DNA of 64,000 nt from Dicyema japonicum (taxonomy: Eukaryota > Animalia > Dicyemida). The notes beneath the pieces are model-generated. The model worked only from the letters and a program-made list of their open reading frames with translations. It did no database searches and was not told the origin of the DNA. Numbering within the stretch: position 1 is the first letter of the stretch; each line of letters opens with the position of its first letter. Where the stretch lies: contig RDEW01000010.1 in assembly GCA_011109175.1 (NCBI GenBank), positions 665,837 to 729,836 on the forward strand. The letters are read 5' to 3'. Below, piece by piece: positions 62,265-64,000 of this stretch. A program made the position numbers and the translations under genes.

Positions 62265-64000
62265 TGTTGATGTTACTACCCCATCTAAGAACACCTCATG
62301 CATAAGGTTTTTTTTTAATGATGTACTACACGAAGACACCTCATGCAAAGGGTGCAGAGTATCCAATTCTCGCAAGTGCGGGATTCGATGTTCTGTATGT
62401 GTTGGTTACTACCACATAGGTTGTGAAAAACTATCCAAGAAAATTGCTCGATCACTTCCCTCGTGGTCGTGCCGGTCGTGCCGTCTGGAACTCACTAAAA
62501 TTGAACCTCATGATCATTTTGTGTCATCATCATCTGTATCAGACCTTCTGGAAGCCATGTCTCCGGAGGATTTTCTGGTTTTATTATCAAACACGCGACA
62601 AAGGAAGATTATCCCTGTCAGGATCCCCAAGGCTTCCCGGATCTCAATTGCTTCTGCCCTTTCTTCTTGCATTGAGAAAGCTGTGTCCAATGGCTCGAAA
62701 AAGGATTGGATGGTTCTTTTCTCTTTCCCTGTCCTGGCTATGGGTTAGAGCGTAAGCCTGCCCCATCTTCTCGGAAACCCTCTCTATCCCATGTCCTGAA
62801 GAAGCGCGTGAGTGCCTTTATGGATTCATGGGAGTCCCTGGCTGAAGAATTATTTGTTTCCCCAGTTGATTACTTCCCAAAGTCCAATTCCAAACAATCC
62901 AGTATGGCTCCTGAGAGGCTTCGCTCTCGTGTCAGGAGGAAATTGATGGAGGGCGATCTTACTGCTGCAGTTCGAACTGTTTGTACGGATTCTGACCCGA
63001 AAGCCACTCAGGAGACACTCTGTATATTGGGACAGAAACATCCTCCAGAACCAGAAGACTTTTGTAAACCTGTTCGTCCAGAACAATCTATGCATGATAT
63101 TTCCACTTCAGCCATTTACAACGCTCTTTGTTCTTTCCGAAGAAGTAGCAGTGGAGGAGTTGACGGTCTCAAACCTGGCCATCTGTCAGACTTGGTGTCC
63201 CATTCTGTCGGCAGGCCTGGATCGCTACTCTTGGAGCGAACCCGGGATCTCGTAGCTCGCATGCTTTCCGGAAACGTTTCCGATTTTGGTCGGAATCTCC
63301 TCTTTTCGGCGAATCTAACGGGCCTTGGAAAGAAAGATGGTGGTATTCGCCCCATTGCAATTGGAAACGTATTTCGACGTTTATCCGCAAAAATGGCTTG
63401 TCGTTTTGTTATCTCCCGAATTTCAGCCGAATTTTGTCCTTCGCAGCTTGGTGTCGGAATCAATGGCGGCTGTGAAGCTGGGATCCACGCAGTGAGAGAA
63501 TTTGCGTCACAATCAGCTGAATTGAATGTTGAGGACAGAGTTTTATTCAAATTGGACCTCCGGAATGCCTTCAATTCAGTCAGAAGGGACACCGTCCTTG
63601 ATACCTGTAGGAGGAGGATTCCTCAGATTTATCCCTTTGTATATCTCGCGTATTCGGATCCATCCCCTCTTGTTTTTGGCAGTGGAATTATTTCGTCCGG
63701 ATCCGGAGTTCAACAGGGGGACCCACTCGGTCCTCTTCTATTTTCCTTGTCTATCGACCATATTGCCCAGGACCGTTGCACTCCACTGAACGTCTGGTAT
63801 CTGGACGATTGTATTCTCGGTGGAAGTCCCGATGATATTCTCTCCAAAGTTGCGTCGATCAGAAGTTTGTGTGGAAAAATCGGTCTGGAATTTAACAATG
63901 AAAAGTGCGAAGCAATTAATCTGAATTTGAGTTCCGATTCATTCTACCTTTTTCATAGAAAACTCTGCGATATCATCCCAGGGGTTAGGGAGACTCATAT
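62265..64000 (+). mobile_element. CRE-like RLE non-LTR retrotransposon with N-terminal PHD finger, running off the right edge
   Basis: CKGC-x9-CSVC-x4-HIGC-x13-WSCRSC; RIPKASR; GVDGLKPGHL, KKDGGIRPIAIG, QLGVG..GGCEA, LDLRNAFNS, GVQQGDPLGP, WYLDD. Confidence 0.93.

Overview
AT-rich eukaryotic (animal-type) nuclear DNA, not prokaryotic. About 6-8 compact host genes sit as islands in a dense field of mostly decayed retroelements. The genes are BRIX1, GPN2, cyclin Q/FAM58, mRpL24, BTF3/NAC-beta, an MBOAT1/2-type acyltransferase with a decayed tandem copy, and a putative ZNF800-like zinc-finger gene. Most of their introns are only 21-28 nt GT-AG introns, which suggests a reduced animal parasite such as a dicyemid or myxozoan (inference). 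The mobile fraction has RTE, Ingi/Vingi-like I-group (one copy with a 2A-like peptide), CRE-like (with an N-terminal PHD finger) and R4/Dong-like non-LTR elements. It also has a tRNA-derived SINE with an RTE-like tail, hAT MITEs and remnants, and Ginger-like integrase remnants. The most notable structure is a covarying 3'-terminal stem-loop (GGGATCAC...GTGATCC-type, stop codon opening the loop, then G(G)TT and an AAT-rich tail) shared by otherwise dissimilar LINE tails. Other notable items: two RTE copies inserted antisense exactly at the tail junction of another element, an 83-bp direct repeat around a Vingi-like RT, and a shared 5' GTGACGT box. All calls were made by eye; boundaries of decayed elements are approximate.
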